Origin: the human T2T-CHM13v2.0 reference genome, Homo sapiens
Strand: one strand, 5' to 3'
Length of the DNA: 64,000 nucleotides
Assembly: GCF_009914755.1 (NCBI RefSeq)
Contig: NC_060926.1
Both the position numbers and the translations under genes were made by a program. Positions 32,035 through 50,593 of this stretch are shown one piece after another (position 1 is the stretch's first letter; each line of letters starts with the position of its first letter). The notes under the pieces were generated by a model. The model saw nothing but the letters and a program-made list of their open reading frames with translations, made no database searches and was not told the origin of the DNA.

Positions 32035-33545
32035 GAATAATCTTTTCAATAAATGAGGCTGGGTCAAATGGATATCCAGAGGGGAAAATACGTACTTTGA
32101 CCCTTACCTCACACCAAACACAAAAATATATTCCAAATGAATTGTAGCTGTAAATATGAAAATTAAAACAAATAAAGCTCTTAAAAAATATAAAAATATT
32201 TTTATGATCTTAAGTTAGGCAAAGGTTTCTTATACAGGACATGAAATGTGCTAACCATATGGGATATTTTTGATAGGTTAAACAATATTAAGATAAAGAA
32301 CTTCTAATCATCAAAAAACTTGCTTTAAGACAGTGAAGAGACCGGGTGCAGTGGCTCATGCCTGTAATCCCAGCACTTTGGGAGGCCAAGGCAGGTGGAG
32401 GGAGGTCAAAGCTACAGTGAACTGAGATCACGCCACTGCACTTCAGCCTGGATGACACAGTGAGACCCTGTCTGGAAAAAAAAAAGAAAAGACAGTGAAA
32501 GGATGCTGGGTGCAGTGGTATGCACCTGTAGGTAGTCCTAGCTACTGAGGAGGCAGAGGCAGGAAGATTGAAAGTTCAAGATCAGTCTGGGCAAAATAGG
32601 AGACTCTTACACTGCCCTCATCTCCAAAAAAAAAAAAAAAAAGACAGTGAAGGCAAACACAGAGCGGAAAAAGATAGTTGCAATACATATATTTGACAAA
32701 GGACTTGTATTCAGAATATGTAAAAAGCAAAATAAAACCTTTAAGGAAAAGATAGATAATATAGTAGAAACAAACAAAAACTTGAACAGTTGCTTCACAA
32801 AAAAGAATAACCAAATGCAAAAAAAAAATGCTAAATATCTTTAGTCAACAACAGCAAAACAATTAAGGCAAATGAGATACCACTCAACAGACAGGCTAAA
32901 ATGAAAAATATGAAATGTCAGTAAATATGTGCAACACTGGGAACTCCCACACACTGGTGGAAGTGGATATTGGTACCTGGTAGCAGTAACCACTAAAGCT
33001 GAAATGTCCATATCTGTGATCCATCAATTTCATTCCTAGGTATATACCCAACAAAAATGCGTTACATATATTCATCAAAAGCACATGTACAAGAATGTTC
33101 ATAAAGCAGCACTGTTTGTAATAGCCCCAAACTAGAAACTATCTAAGTACTCATTAGAATAAATAAATTATAGAATATTCACATAATACAATACTATGCA
33201 GAAATGAGAATTAACAAATCACAACTAAACACAATGATGTAGATGAACTGTACAAAAATAATGTTGGGCAAAGGAAGATAGACATGAAAGATTACATACT
33301 ATGTGATTCCATTTATATAAAGTTTAAAAACAGGCAAATCATTCTATGGGTTAAAAATCAGGACAGTGGTTACCCTTGAGAGGATAGGAGGGAGGCTTCT
33401 GAGTGACTGGTAATGTTCTGTTTCTTAGTTTAGGTTCAGGTTACAAAGTACGTTTACTTTGTGGAAATTCATCAAGCTATATACATTTAGATTTGTACAC
33501 TTTGGTACATGTAGTTATACTTCAATAAAATGTTTAACAAATACA
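32035..33545 (+). mobile_element. Old L1 3' region with two Alu pieces at 32340-32642
   Basis: TCTTTTCAATAAATG, TACCTCACACCA and CATTCCTAGGTATATACCCAA motifs. Confidence 0.85.
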
Positions 33546-33608
33546 ATAAAAATATAGACACACCACACACACAATACAAAATTATGGGAAGTATCTACTT
33601 AAACTAGT

Positions 33609-34014
33609 TGATATGGTTTGAATCTGTGTCCCCACCCAAATCTCATGTAGGATTGTAATCCTCAGTATTGGAGGTGGGGCCTGGTGGGAGGTGATTGGAT
33701 CATGGGGGTGAATTTTCTCCTCCGTGCTGTTCTTGTGATAGTGAGTGGGTTCTCATGAGACCTGGTTGTTTAAAAGTGCCACCTTCCCCCATTTCTCTCT
33801 CTTGCTCTTATTCTGGCCATGTAAGATGTGCCTACTTCCCCTTCGCCTTCCACCATAACTAAAAGTTACCTGAGGCCTCCCCAGAAGCCACGCAGATGTC
33901 AGCATCATGCTTCCTGTACAGCCTGCAGAACTGTGGGCCAATTAAACCTCTTTTCTGTATAAATTACCCAGTCTCAGGTATTTCTTTATAGCAGTGAGAA
34001 AACAGACTAATACT
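33609..34014 (+). mobile_element. MST-type MaLR solo LTR
   Basis: TGATATGGTTTG...CAATTAAACCTCTTTTC...GACTAATAC with 5-bp TSD CTAGT (33604-33608, 34015-34019). Confidence 0.92.
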
Positions 34015-34471
34015 CTAGTATTCTCATACCTTGTTGATAAACTGGTACAAACATTTTGGAAAGTGATTTGGATATATGTATAGTCCACTTTAACTGTATA
34101 ACATACATATATTCCTATTTCTGAGAATCTTTCCTAAGAAAAAAATTCAAAATATGGGGAAATACTATGAATAAAAATGTTTATCACAGAGTCAAAGTCA
34201 ATTATAACTATAGCATATCCTGTTAGTATAGTTTTATTCAGCCAGTTGTGACTACTTTGAAAACTCTGGTGCAACATGACAAAAGCTTTTGGTATGATGT
34301 AGGGTGAAAAAGGAAACAGAAACTTGTATGCTCACTATTATTATAACTAAGGAAATATACCAGTTAGAATAACATAACTAAAAAGGAAAACACACAAATG
34401 ATATATATGCAACTTTCTTGCCCAATCTCATCTACTCTTGTGACTCATACGGATCACATATGTACAGAGCT

Positions 34472-34813
34472 AGACAGGATCTCACTCTGTTGCCCAGGCT
34501 GTAGTGCAGTGGTGTCATCACATCTCAGTGCAGCCCCAAACTCCTGTTGCCCAGGCTGTAGTGCACTGGTTTCATCACATCTGACTGCAGCCCCAAACTC
34601 CTGGGCTCCAGGGATCCTCCCACCTCAGCTTCCAGAGTAGCTAGGACTACAAGTGTGCACCAGCATGCCCAGCTAATTTTTTTTTCTTTTTTTGGCAGAG
34701 GCAGGGTCTCACTATGTTGCCCAGGCTGTTCTCAAACTCCTGGGCTCAAGGCATCCTCCCCGCTCGGCTTCCCAAAGCCTGGTATTATAGGTGTGAGCCA
34801 TCACATCTGGCCC
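34472..34813 (-). mobile_element. AluJ with 57-bp internal tandem duplication
   Basis: Reverse Alu with duplicated 34487-34543/34544-34600. Confidence 0.9.
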
Positions 34814-36081
34814 AATGATGACTCTTTAATTTGTTTCTTCAGCCCACATCTTTCTCCTGAGCTCCAGGAGGTTCAGAATTGACCCTATGCATCTCCCCTT
34901 GGATGTTCCACAGTTTTCTCAAATGTCTTCATCCTATATTCACTATCTTGGGTAGAAATGACCAGGAATAAGAACCAAGACAAGAACCCAGTTAGTTATC
35001 CAAACAAGAGAACTGAGAGTCATTCTTGTCACCCCCAGCTCCCCATTTCCCATACCTCCATCCCTTGCCACTCCCTAAGACTATGGTGTCTCTTAAACAG
35101 CCTGTTGAATCCATCTCCTCCCATTCATTCATCTGTCCATCCATCCGTCCTTCTTCCATTGCCTTAGTTCAAACTTTTATTATTTTTCCTCCTGGATTAT
35201 TCCAAAAGCTTTCCAACTAGTCTTTCTAGCACTATGTGATTCTTTTTCATCTTTTTAATCTTGTTGTCACCTGCCTGTTTTCCCAGTTTTATATCTGGTT
35301 ACTCTCTCATGGGAATCCCACACTGCAGCCACACGAAAGTTATTACAGTGACCAAACAGGTTATACACTCTGTTTCACTTCCTTTGCCTTCCTCCAGCTT
35401 GGAATTTCCTACTCCTACCTATTCTTTCCCCCACCCTTTTCCTAATCTTATTTGCTTGACTCACCATTCAAGATGCAGCTCAAGCCTCTCCTTGGCTAGA
35501 GAACCTTTGGGGAATCACATTGTTATATGATTGTAATCATGGGGTACACTAATTCTCCTTCTTGTTTTTATCACTAACATTAAAACGGAGCAATTTTTTA
35601 ATTTGCCAAGGTACTCTTCATAATTATTATTTAACATGCAATATTAAGCTCTCTATCTCCTTGCTCCCATGGCATACTAGTATAATCTTTATTATATCAC
35701 TTATCACTTTGTTTTAGAATTATTTTTTGCATGTCCTCCTCCTCCACTAAGCCCTGAGTTCCTTGAGGGCAAATACTTTTGTCATATTCATTTCTATATC
35801 CTTAGCACAGAGCCTGCTGCAAAGTAGGAATTCACTAAATGAAAGCTAGTCAATGACTAAGTAATGGTGATTGTGTTCACACAATAGTCTTTTGGATAAC
35901 ATTTTTTTTCCTTTTCTCAATTCCCCAAATTTTCTGTAGCTACTTATTATTTAGATTCACCATCTTTTTTTTTAAGGGAGATTTAGAATATAACTTTTAG
36001 TAATATTACCCTTAACACTTTAAATGATTTTTATTTATAAAATGCCTTATGACTCCCAACTTCACTCAGTAAGTATAATCA

Positions 36082-36359
<278 letters not shown>

Positions 36360-36362
36360 GTA

Positions 36363-36698
36363 CACTCAGCCCTCCGTATTCATGGTATCTATATCCATGG
36401 ATTTAATCAACTAAAGATTAAAAACATTTGAAAAAAAAAAGAAATAGTAGTGGTTGCATTCTATGCTGAACATGTACAGACTTTTCTTTTTTGTCATTAT
36501 TCCCTAAACAATACTGTATAGCAACTATTTACAGAGCATTTACATTGTACTAGGTATCATAAGTAATCTAGAGATGATGTAAAGTTTTTAAGTATGTAAA
36601 TATGACACCATTTTATATAAGGGACTTGAGTATCCATGAATTTTGGTATGGGAAGGTGGTCCTTAAACCAATCCCCTATGGATACCAAGGGACAACTG
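36363..36698. mobile_element. MER2 (TcMar-Tigger family)
   Basis: TA|CACTCAGCCCTCCGTAT...GGATACCAAGGGACAACTG|TA with TA target sites. Confidence 0.85.
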
Positions 36699-36926
36699 TA
36701 CATACACAATGAAGAAAAACTGGAGCACCATTTGTTATCTCCCATTCTATCTGTAACACACTTCATCATTCCTAATTAACAGTTACCTCTCAGTCTTTAT
36801 CTAACTAGCCCTCCTAGCAGTATTTGATTCAGCTGATTGCTCCCTTCTTCTTAAACCTCTGTCTTTATTTGACCTCTGGGACACTATCCTCCCACCTTGA
36901 TGGCCACAACTACCTCCCATGGACCC

Positions 36927-37900
<974 letters not shown>

Positions 37901-37906
37901 CTCTGA

Positions 37907-39219
<1,313 letters not shown>

Positions 39220-40797
39220 TTGCATTTTTGAATGCTTACTATATGCTAGGTTCTACACAGAGTGTTTAAATGCATTATCTAATATGCTCCTGTCAATAAA
39301 CTCTATAAGATAGATAATATTGTTCTTCTCATTTTTTTAAGCAGTAAAACTCAGGTTTAGAGGGATTAGGGAGCTTGTCCAAGGTCACGCAGATATTAAG
39401 GGAAGAAACCAGGATTGGAACCCAGGTCTGCTTGAGGCCAAGTCTGTGCTCTCAACTGTTCTGCATAGGCCTTTATTCCTTTCAGTTTCCACAGATATGC
39501 TTCTTGATTTCTGGATGGAATGTCATGGAACTTTCAGTTACAGACAGGAGCTTAAGGGAAGCTCTTTGGCTTCTCACCCTTTCTTCTCCTCCATCTTCCC
39601 TCTTCATTGACTCAGTATAAGACAGATAGGCTGGGGTGAAGACACCTCATAACAACAATGGTAACCTCAGCTAGAGAGCAGGCAAAAACAGCAGTGGAAA
39701 AGTAACTCCAAGCCTGACAACCAAAGCAACGAAGACATATCAAGCAAAACATTAGCTGAAATGAACTGAGAATCAGTCAGCTTTATAAGGAAAACTACAG
39801 GGAAGCGTAAGATTTTACTTGTCTAAATAGAGTCAAACAAAGCTGCTGTAATATATATTGCTCTTATTCTTTTTGTTAAGCAGTTATAGACTTATTAAAC
39901 AGAAGAAATTTAAATGTTAGTTTAGGCATTCTACCATTTTCCTGGTTTGGGATATCAATTTAACTTAACATTATCAAAACAGTCTTAATTTTCAAGTATA
40001 TGGCCTCTTACACAGATGACTATTAAATTTTATATATACTTTTTATTACATTGGATAATTCAGTGCATTTTTGGTGCTATAATTTTGAATGACTCTTTCC
40101 AGGGTTCTGAGGTAGCTTGCACCTGCTCTAGTTAGTGCTTTTTATAGCCTCATCTAATGATGGGTTTGAAGACTATTCTAATATTTCTTGTTACACCAGA
40201 ATGGACCTTATATTCCATGTAAGAAGACATGGAATAACAATTACCAACTGTATAGGGAAATTGGCAATGCTACTGTGATGACAAGTACAGTTGGAGTGGT
40301 GTGATTGATTTATTCATTTCCTTAATAATCCTCATAGTTGTAATGAGTCATCCCTGTCTCTTATTCTAAATTACAGGGCACCCTTTTATTCCCAAATGAA
40401 ATAAATATACATGATGACATTTTTTTCTTTCTCATTCTCATTTCAAAGACCTAATTTTTCATAATCTAGCAGTTAAGAGAATCAGACAGACATGAATTGG
40501 AATCTTGGCTAAGAGAAGAAAAAAGTTAGAGAAGGTGTGGATTCCCCAATGCCCCCTATTTGTCCTCTAGAGAGCTTTCAGAGGTTTTGAAACATGATAG
40601 GCTCTTTATTGCTATGAGTCTGACATTTAAGCAGTTAGCTCCTTATATTCCTTTTATGAGAAGAGAAGGAGTAAGCGAAGAAGAGAAAAAGGAAGTAGTT
40701 TTTGGTCTGACAATCAAGCAGACAGTATTTGTTCTATTTATCAATTTCATTATTCACAAATAAGGAGTAAGTAAAGGAGACATTAAGGAGCAGGAGC

Positions 40798-41410
<613 letters not shown>

Positions 41411-42551
41411 CTAATCTGATAGGAAGGGAAGACTTAGCATATTATCAGTTGTTTTACCCATATTGATATCTCTCTTCTTGAGTATGGATAATTGAAATCA
41501 CAGATTAGCAACATGGGAGTGCTACAAAGTAAGGAGACCAATTGTTTTCTCCTTATGATTCCTGGAAACAAAAGAGGAACTGTCAGAACCGAGAAGACTA
41601 CAACATGTTTTAACTACTTCAAGTATTATGGCCTTTTACACTGATGACTATTAAATTTTATATATACTTTTTATTGCATTGGATAATTCAGTGCATCTTC
41701 AGTGCCATAGGTTAGAATGACTCTTTCCAGAGTTCTGAAGTAGTTTGTATTTGCTCTGTGTGAAGCTTTGTGCTGATGTTACAAAGTTTCAGTAGTCCAG
41801 GAGGTTTTTCTGCATTGGCTTTAAAATGAGTGACTGTTACTGAGACACTGATTTGAGACTACATTTTCAGTCATGTAAATTCTGCAAATGAGTCACTTGA
41901 CATGTTAGGACTATATGGGCATACAAATAATGTTAAGAGGATGCTTTTTTTTTTTTTTTTTACTTTAGCATAATGTTCAAAGCTGGAGAAGATGACTTTT
42001 CATGAGAAGTAAAACTATAGGTCTAATGCAAATGTTAAAAAGTTCAGAGACTTGGGGCTTTAAAATATGATTAACTCTGATAATAATGGTTGAGGAGTTA
42101 AAGTTAGAACAGATTCATTCTGTAAAAAGCTTTGAGCACAAGAAAGTTTCTGTTTGTATAATGAACAAAAACAATAAAGGTTTGCCATTTGTTCTGATCT
42201 TTCAACAGAAGCTGGAAGAATTAATGTCTCATTGAGAGAAACAGTAGCTGAAACAAAATTCAATGTTTCTTTAATGATCTTGAAACAAAACTTCAAAGTT
42301 GGTAGTTGTAAAACACCATCACCAAGACCCCAAAATTGTCACACTCACAAGTGAAACAGTGAAACTTGTTTCTTAACTTCGATTGGTATGAATCATTCCA
42401 TGTGCTTCATCAATGAGGTGTCCATATAAAGACTCTGAAGCATCTGAGAAATCCAAAGTAAAAAACCAAGCCAGGACCTAAGTGATCTAATTTTTTTGTA
42501 CATCCTAAAGCTTCCCTTCTAACATATTAGCATCAAAGAGTTTCTACGTCC

Positions 42552-42967
42552 TCATCTCAGTCCATTTTGTGTTGCTCTAAAGGAATGCCTGAGGGTGGGT
42601 AATTTATAAAGAAAAGGTTTATTTGGCTCCTGGTTCTGCAGTCCATACAAGAAGCATGGTGTCAGCATCTGCTTCTGATAAGAGCCTCAGGCTGCTTCCA
42701 CTCATGGTGGAAAGCGAAGGGGAACTGTTGTGTGCAGAGATCACGTGGCAAGAAAGGAAGCAAGGAGAGGGAGAGGCACCTGGCTCTTTTTAATAGCCAG
42801 CTCTTAAGGGACCTAATAGAGCAATAACCTATTCCTCTCTAAACTTTAATCTCTTCTTGAAGGATCCACTCTCATGACCCAAACACCTCCCATTAGGTCC
42901 CACCTCCAACATTAGGGATCAAATTTCAATGTGAGATTCGAAGGGGTAGAGCATTCAAACTACGGCA
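42552..42967 (-). mobile_element. MSTB-type MaLR LTR
   Basis: AGTCCATTTTGTGTTGCT..GGGTAATTTATAAAGAAAAG..ACCTCCCATTAGG..GGGATCAAATTTCAA. Confidence 0.85.
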
Positions 42968-43755
42968 GTCCTTCTCTCTCTCCATCTCCTCCTAATCTGT
43001 CAGCTGCCTCTGGCTTTACTTCCTTCCTTATCCAGCTACGCCCCACAATCCATCTCTTCGATCCTACTCTTGCCAAGACAATTAACTTGTTTACTCCTTT
43101 GAAAGATCACTTACTGAACCTACTCTGGGTCGATCCAACCAGTGGCTTTTCACTCCTATACCTGAGCATGTAGAGAAAAATCCCCATCAGACTATCAAAA
43201 AGGAATGCTAGTGATGACTATCTCTGGGAATAGGGCCATATGGAAATCACACTGTCTGTGCTAACAAATGTAGATGGAATTAGAAAATCACTTTTTGGCA
43301 ATCAGCATAATAAAAATTCAGAAAAAGCCTCAATGGATGCTAATTTAGTGGGTGAAAGTAGAATGAGGAAGAGAATTTTACACGGTCTCAAAGTACTTTC
43401 CCCCAAATTCTTATTAATTACAAAGGAATAGAAGAATAATTTCTCAGAAACCTGGCATATACCATCTTAATCAACTGATCAAATTAATACCACCAGAAAT
43501 GGGACATACTGACATTGTGGGCTACTTATTAGAATGCAGTAAGAAATTAGCTTCACTTCTATGATGTTCCAGCAGGATCTAAGTCAAATCAAAAGCACAC
43601 TTCAGATAAGTCTAAACTGAGAGACATTCTACAAGGCCATGGAAAACAAGGAAATACTGAAGAACTATTTCAGGGTGGGAGACTAGAGAGACATGATAAC
43701 TGGGTACAAAACATGGAATGTATCCTTTTGCTTTATAGCAAAAAGAATATACTGA

Positions 43756-44053
43756 GGCCAGGCACAGTAGCTCACACCAGTAATCCCAACACTTTGAGGG
43801 GCTGAGGCGGGAAGATTGCTTGAGCCCAGGAGTATGAGACCAGCCTGGACAACACAGTGAGACCCTATCACAACAAAAAATTAAAAAATTAGCCAGGTAT
43901 GGTGGGGACATCCCTGTAGTCCCAGCTCATCCAGAGGTTGAGGCAGGAAGGTTTGCTCGAGCCCAGGAGGTCAAGGATGCAGAGAGCTATGATTATGCCA
44001 CTGTACTCCAGCCTGGGTGACAGGTCAAAACCCTGACTCCAAAAAAAAAAAAA

Positions 44054-44113
<60 letters not shown>
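43756..44113 (+). mobile_element. AluJ with long (GAAA)n tail, inside old L1 sequence
   Basis: Alu consensus, with (GAAA)n at about 44055-44113. Confidence 0.92.
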
Positions 44114-45017
44114 ACATTATTGTGACGCTGGACAAACTTGAATAGGGTCTCAGGACAAACAGTTTATGGGGGTTATTTGTACAATTCTTGCAATTTTTCT
44201 GTAAGTTTGAAGTTGTTTCAAATAAGTTGTCTGAAAATGAAGTTTAAAAACCTGTTTTTCCATATTAAAAATCATGATACATTACATATACAAAAAAGAA
44301 TAAGTGTAATATATGTACATTAATGACATTTAAAAATAAAAATGAACATCTATGAATTTACTACTAAGTTTGAGAAACAGAAAATTTGTCAATAATGTTA
44401 AAGCTCCCAATAATGTTAAAGCTGTGGGTGTTCCTCTCCATCCACAGATAACTCTAAACTGGATAAGATATATCCTGAATATATCTTATCATTTCCTTGC
44501 TTTTCTTTAAAGATTTACCACATATGTAGAAATTCCTAATACTCCCTGATAGTGAAAGAGGTTTAGCTTTCTTACTCTCTGTTTATTAGTTACTTTTATT
44601 TTTTCTTTTCTAAATCATCTGTTTTATCCTTTGTCTACTTTCCTATCTGGTTGGTTTTATTCTTCATTGATTTTTTGATACTCTTTATATACTATGGATA
44701 TTATCTGTCTATTATATATGTATATGTTGCAAATATTGTCTTCTAGTCTGGTGCTTGCCTGTTAACTTTGTAACTTTTTGCTTGTCTTTCATTGTATGGA
44801 TGCTTTAAATAATTTAAATATTGGGCCAAGTCTGTCAATAGTTTAATTGATGACCATTGGGTTTCTTATCCTATCCAGGAAAGTCTTCCTTATTTAAAGA
44901 TATCCTACTACATTTTTTCATACTTTGTTAGTTTTGATGTTTAGATCTTTAATCCATCAGTAATTTATTCTTCATTTATGTCATGAAGTAGGACTCTAAA
45001 TTAACATTTTTTTCACC

Positions 45018-45812
<795 letters not shown>

Positions 45813-45843
45813 ACTAGTATATCTTTCTAACCAACATCTCTAA

Positions 45844-46287
<444 letters not shown>

Positions 46288-47129
46288 TATAACTATGTTT
46301 TAATCACTGTTACTTTATGTTTTTAAATGTCTTGAATCATCCCTCTCCATTTAATCCCCATCCTTACCTCTTTATTTGGGACCTCATCATTTCTCCCATG
46401 TTTCCTAGCATCTTAACTGCTGTCTCTGGTTTTATCCTCCTCCAGTTCATTTTCCACTCTGTTTCTAGGATGATGTAAAAATGCAAGTATCATCAGATTT
46501 CTACCCTTTGAGTCCTTCATGGCTACCCTTCATCTTCAATACAGAGTCCAAATTCCTTGGTATGGCAAATAAAAAGGATATTGACATATGACACTGCCTA
46601 TCTCACCAGTGTTATCTCCTACTAGATACCATCTGCTCCAGACAAAAAAGAACTTGAAGCTTGCAGAGTGCACTACACTTTCAATCCTTTGTATCTTTGG
46701 ATATGCTGCTGCTTCTGCCTAGAATATCTTCCATTCCTCCTTCAAGCCAATTAGCACTGTACATTCAAAACTCAGATAAAGCACCAACTTCCTGCGGCAA
46801 ACTGTCCATATTCTTTGCTGTTAGATTGGGCTAGTGTCCTTCCTTTGTACTCCCATAGCAGCACAAATATACCCCTTCTAGCATACGCTTTTACATTTTT
46901 ATTGCACTTATTGGTTTACTTATCTTTCTGTCTTGCTCTCTCCCTAGATAGTGAATTCCTTAATGGCAGAAATTGTTTTTCATTTCTACATCTGCAGTAC
47001 CTAACAGAGTGCTAACAATCTCGTGATAATAAGAGTTTGAAAAATAATGAACGAAGTGGTATATCTTATTAAAACCTGAACTAAGTGCTTTTCATAATTC
47101 ACTAACTACTAAGTGCTGGCTCATAATTT

Positions 47130-47370
47130 TATGTTCTGTGAAACTGCTTTTAACTAAAAATAATATTGTCCAGCTTGTTCACTCATCTTACTCACAAGGC
47201 TTGGCTACAAGTGACTTTGGGATGCTTCCAAAGGAAGAAACTTTCCTCCGTTGAACAAATTCAAAAGAATATGACTCAGGCTCTAAAAGTAAACCCAGAG
47301 GGGAGGCTTTAAAATATTTTGAGTAGGAATGGCATTGTTGGATTATTTTGATAGGAATAATCCTCATCGA
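47130..47370 (+). mobile_element. Mariner (MARNA-like) transposase remnant
   Basis: CAC TCA TCT TAC TCA CAA GGC TTG GCT ACA AGT GAC TTT = HSSYSQGLATSDF, a decayed mariner HPPYSPDLAPSDF motif. Confidence 0.75.
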
Positions 47371-47504
47371 AATGCCTATAGGAAACACCAGATTCAGTGA
47401 GATACCTCTCCCTCTGTGCTCCTGTAGCAATGAACACAAACATCTAGCCTCACACACACCATGCCACATGGAAGCGACACATTTAAGAATCTCTTCCTGA
47501 TTAC

Positions 47505-47712
47505 CAGTGATTCTCAGTCAGGGAGATGAGACAGTCCCCTCCCTTGGAGGGATGTTTGGGGAAATTTTCGTCACAATGATGGGAGTAAAAGCCCTTGTCA
47601 TTTAGTGTCTAGGAGCCAGAGATGCTAAATATCCTACAATGTGTGGGACAGTCCTATCTGACCAAGAATTATCCTGCCCATAATGCCCACAGTGACTCAA
47701 TTAAGAAGCGGA
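47505..47712. mobile_element. MER20-like hAT element
   Basis: CAGTGATTCTCA..GTCACAAT..GCCAGAGATGCTAAATATCCTACAATG..AAGAATTATCC. Confidence 0.7.
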
Positions 47713-47925
47713 CTTTATTTCTCATCCATTTCCCATTGGCTAGGAGAAGCCCAGCACTAAAAGTCACTCTGAACTGAAACTGCAAAGGAATGTGGGCAGA
47801 ACACCTCATCATACTTTGTAAGTTGTGTGGGCTTAAATAATCACTTTGTAATCACTTTTCATAGTAACTTCCATATTAGTTTCTTATATAATTGATGAAA
47901 GATGAATGATAAAAGAATACTCTTT

Positions 47926-48344
<419 letters not shown>

Positions 48345-49441
48345 TCATCTTCATTACTTTCTTCCATCAATCCACCCATCTCTAGGAGTCTCCCTTGCAT
48401 TTTGGCATCCACTCCTAGGAGCTTCCTCAATTTAGCATTATCCTAGGAAATAGACATCCTCGCTGGAATACGTACACCTGATGCTTCACTCCTTCAGGGT
48501 CCAAGGTCTTAACTGTTTGGCCTGATAACTCAGGTGACTCCCAAAGAATATTTCTAAACTATCTGCCTTCCAGTTTTAACATTCTATGACTCAATACCAT
48601 TAAAAGTCTATGACAGTTTCACAAGTCCTTCCTAAACTTACTTCTAACTCTAGCTATTAATGAGCACTTACAGTCTTTAAGGGAAGAATGTCAGATGCCA
48701 TGAGCTGAAGTGTTAGACAGAATTTTAAGAAGGGGGCACAAAATCACTTCAGTCAAGTGTGAGATAGTTTTTGAGCTACTGGCTTTTGAGTTCCTCCAAA
48801 CATGATTTTTTAGGAAGCCAGCTCTCCACCATTCCCTAGATCCATTACTAGTTTTAAAATATTGTTTATTGTCTGCCTGCGTCTGCTAGAATGTCAGCTT
48901 CACGAGAACAAGAACCTTGTTACCCTTATTTATACTACATCTCCACTGCCTAGAACTCTCTTTGTTATATAGAGGCATTCATTAAATATTTATTGAATGA
49001 ATGAATGGATGAATAAGAAACTTACTATAAGTAGAGATTTAATTATATACCAATAAAAGAACAGAGTGGTATATTCTACAATAAAAAGAAACTTCATGTT
49101 GAGGGAAGGGAGATTGTATGACAGATTATGAACTCTGGACTGAATTACAAAGTCATGGGAGGGGCAAGGAGCAGGAATCCACATGCATAACATGAAATAT
49201 AAAAATAGATATAACTAAATTGTAAGGAACACATGAGCATGGTTCAAGGGTCAAGTGAAATTCACTCATCCCTTATGTCAGATCTAGGTGAAGAATACCT
49301 GGTAAGCTTTTAGCAAAAATATGATCAATTCTAAAGTAGCACCCTGAAAACAATCCAAAGTCTCTTAGCTTAAGCAATAATCCTGTACACACTTAAAATC
49401 TTATTCTACAGGATCCTAATATGGGCATTGAGACCTAAGCA

Positions 49442-50043
49442 GGCTGGGCACAGTGGCTCATGTCTGTAATCCCAGCACTTTGGGAGGCCAAGGCGGGTGG
49501 ATGACCTAAGGTCAGGTGTTCAAGACCAGCCTGGCCAACATGGTGAAACCCCATCTCTACTAAAAACACAAAAATTAGGCCAAGCACGGTGGTTCACGCC
49601 TGTAATCCCAGCACTTTGGGAGGCCAAGGCAGGTGGATCACAAGGTCAGGAGTTCGAGACAAGTCTGGCCAACATAGTGAAACCCTGTCTCTACTAAAAA
49701 TACAAAAAAATTAGCCGGGTGTGGTGGTGTGCACCTGTATTCCCAGCTACTTGGGAGGCTGAGGCAGGAGAATCACGTGAACCTGGGGAGGCAGAGGTTG
49801 CAGTGAGCCAAGATTGTGCCATTGCACTCCAGCCCAGCAACAGTGCAAGACTCTGTCTCAAAAAAAAAAAAAAAAAAAAGAAAATTAGTAGGACGTGGTG
49901 GCACGTGGTCCCAACTACTTGGGAGGCTGAGGCAGGAGAATCACTTGAACCCAGGGAGGTGGAGGTTGCAGTGAGCCGAGATCAGGCCACTGCACTCCAG
50001 CCTAGGCGACAAAGCAAGATTCTGTCTAAAAAAAAAAAAAAAA
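49442..50043 (+). mobile_element. Alu nested in the linker of another Alu
   Basis: Left arm, full Alu (about 49578-49885), right arm. AAAATTAG duplicated. Confidence 0.92.
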
Positions 50044-50268
50044 GATTCAAGCAAAATACCTCATAGGAGAATCGTTTGATACATTATCCATGGCATACAA
50101 AGACATTACAACAGACTCATTTACATCCTTTGTGCTTAATAAGAACCAATAATTATTTTCATTTTACAAAAGGACAAAGTAAACATATAAGAATTATAAG
50201 TCAACCATGAAAATCATCTTAAATCAATATCACATCTGAAGTGAAATATCCATGTAACCAGAATATAG

Positions 50269-50593
<325 letters not shown>

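Noticed and set aside
41642-41738. Possible C/D snoRNA (TGATGA...CTGA with flanking 10-bp stem)
   Set aside because: Box C lacks the 5' purine, the stem is 20 nt from box C, the paralogous copy has a broken box C, and no plus-strand host transcript is evident.
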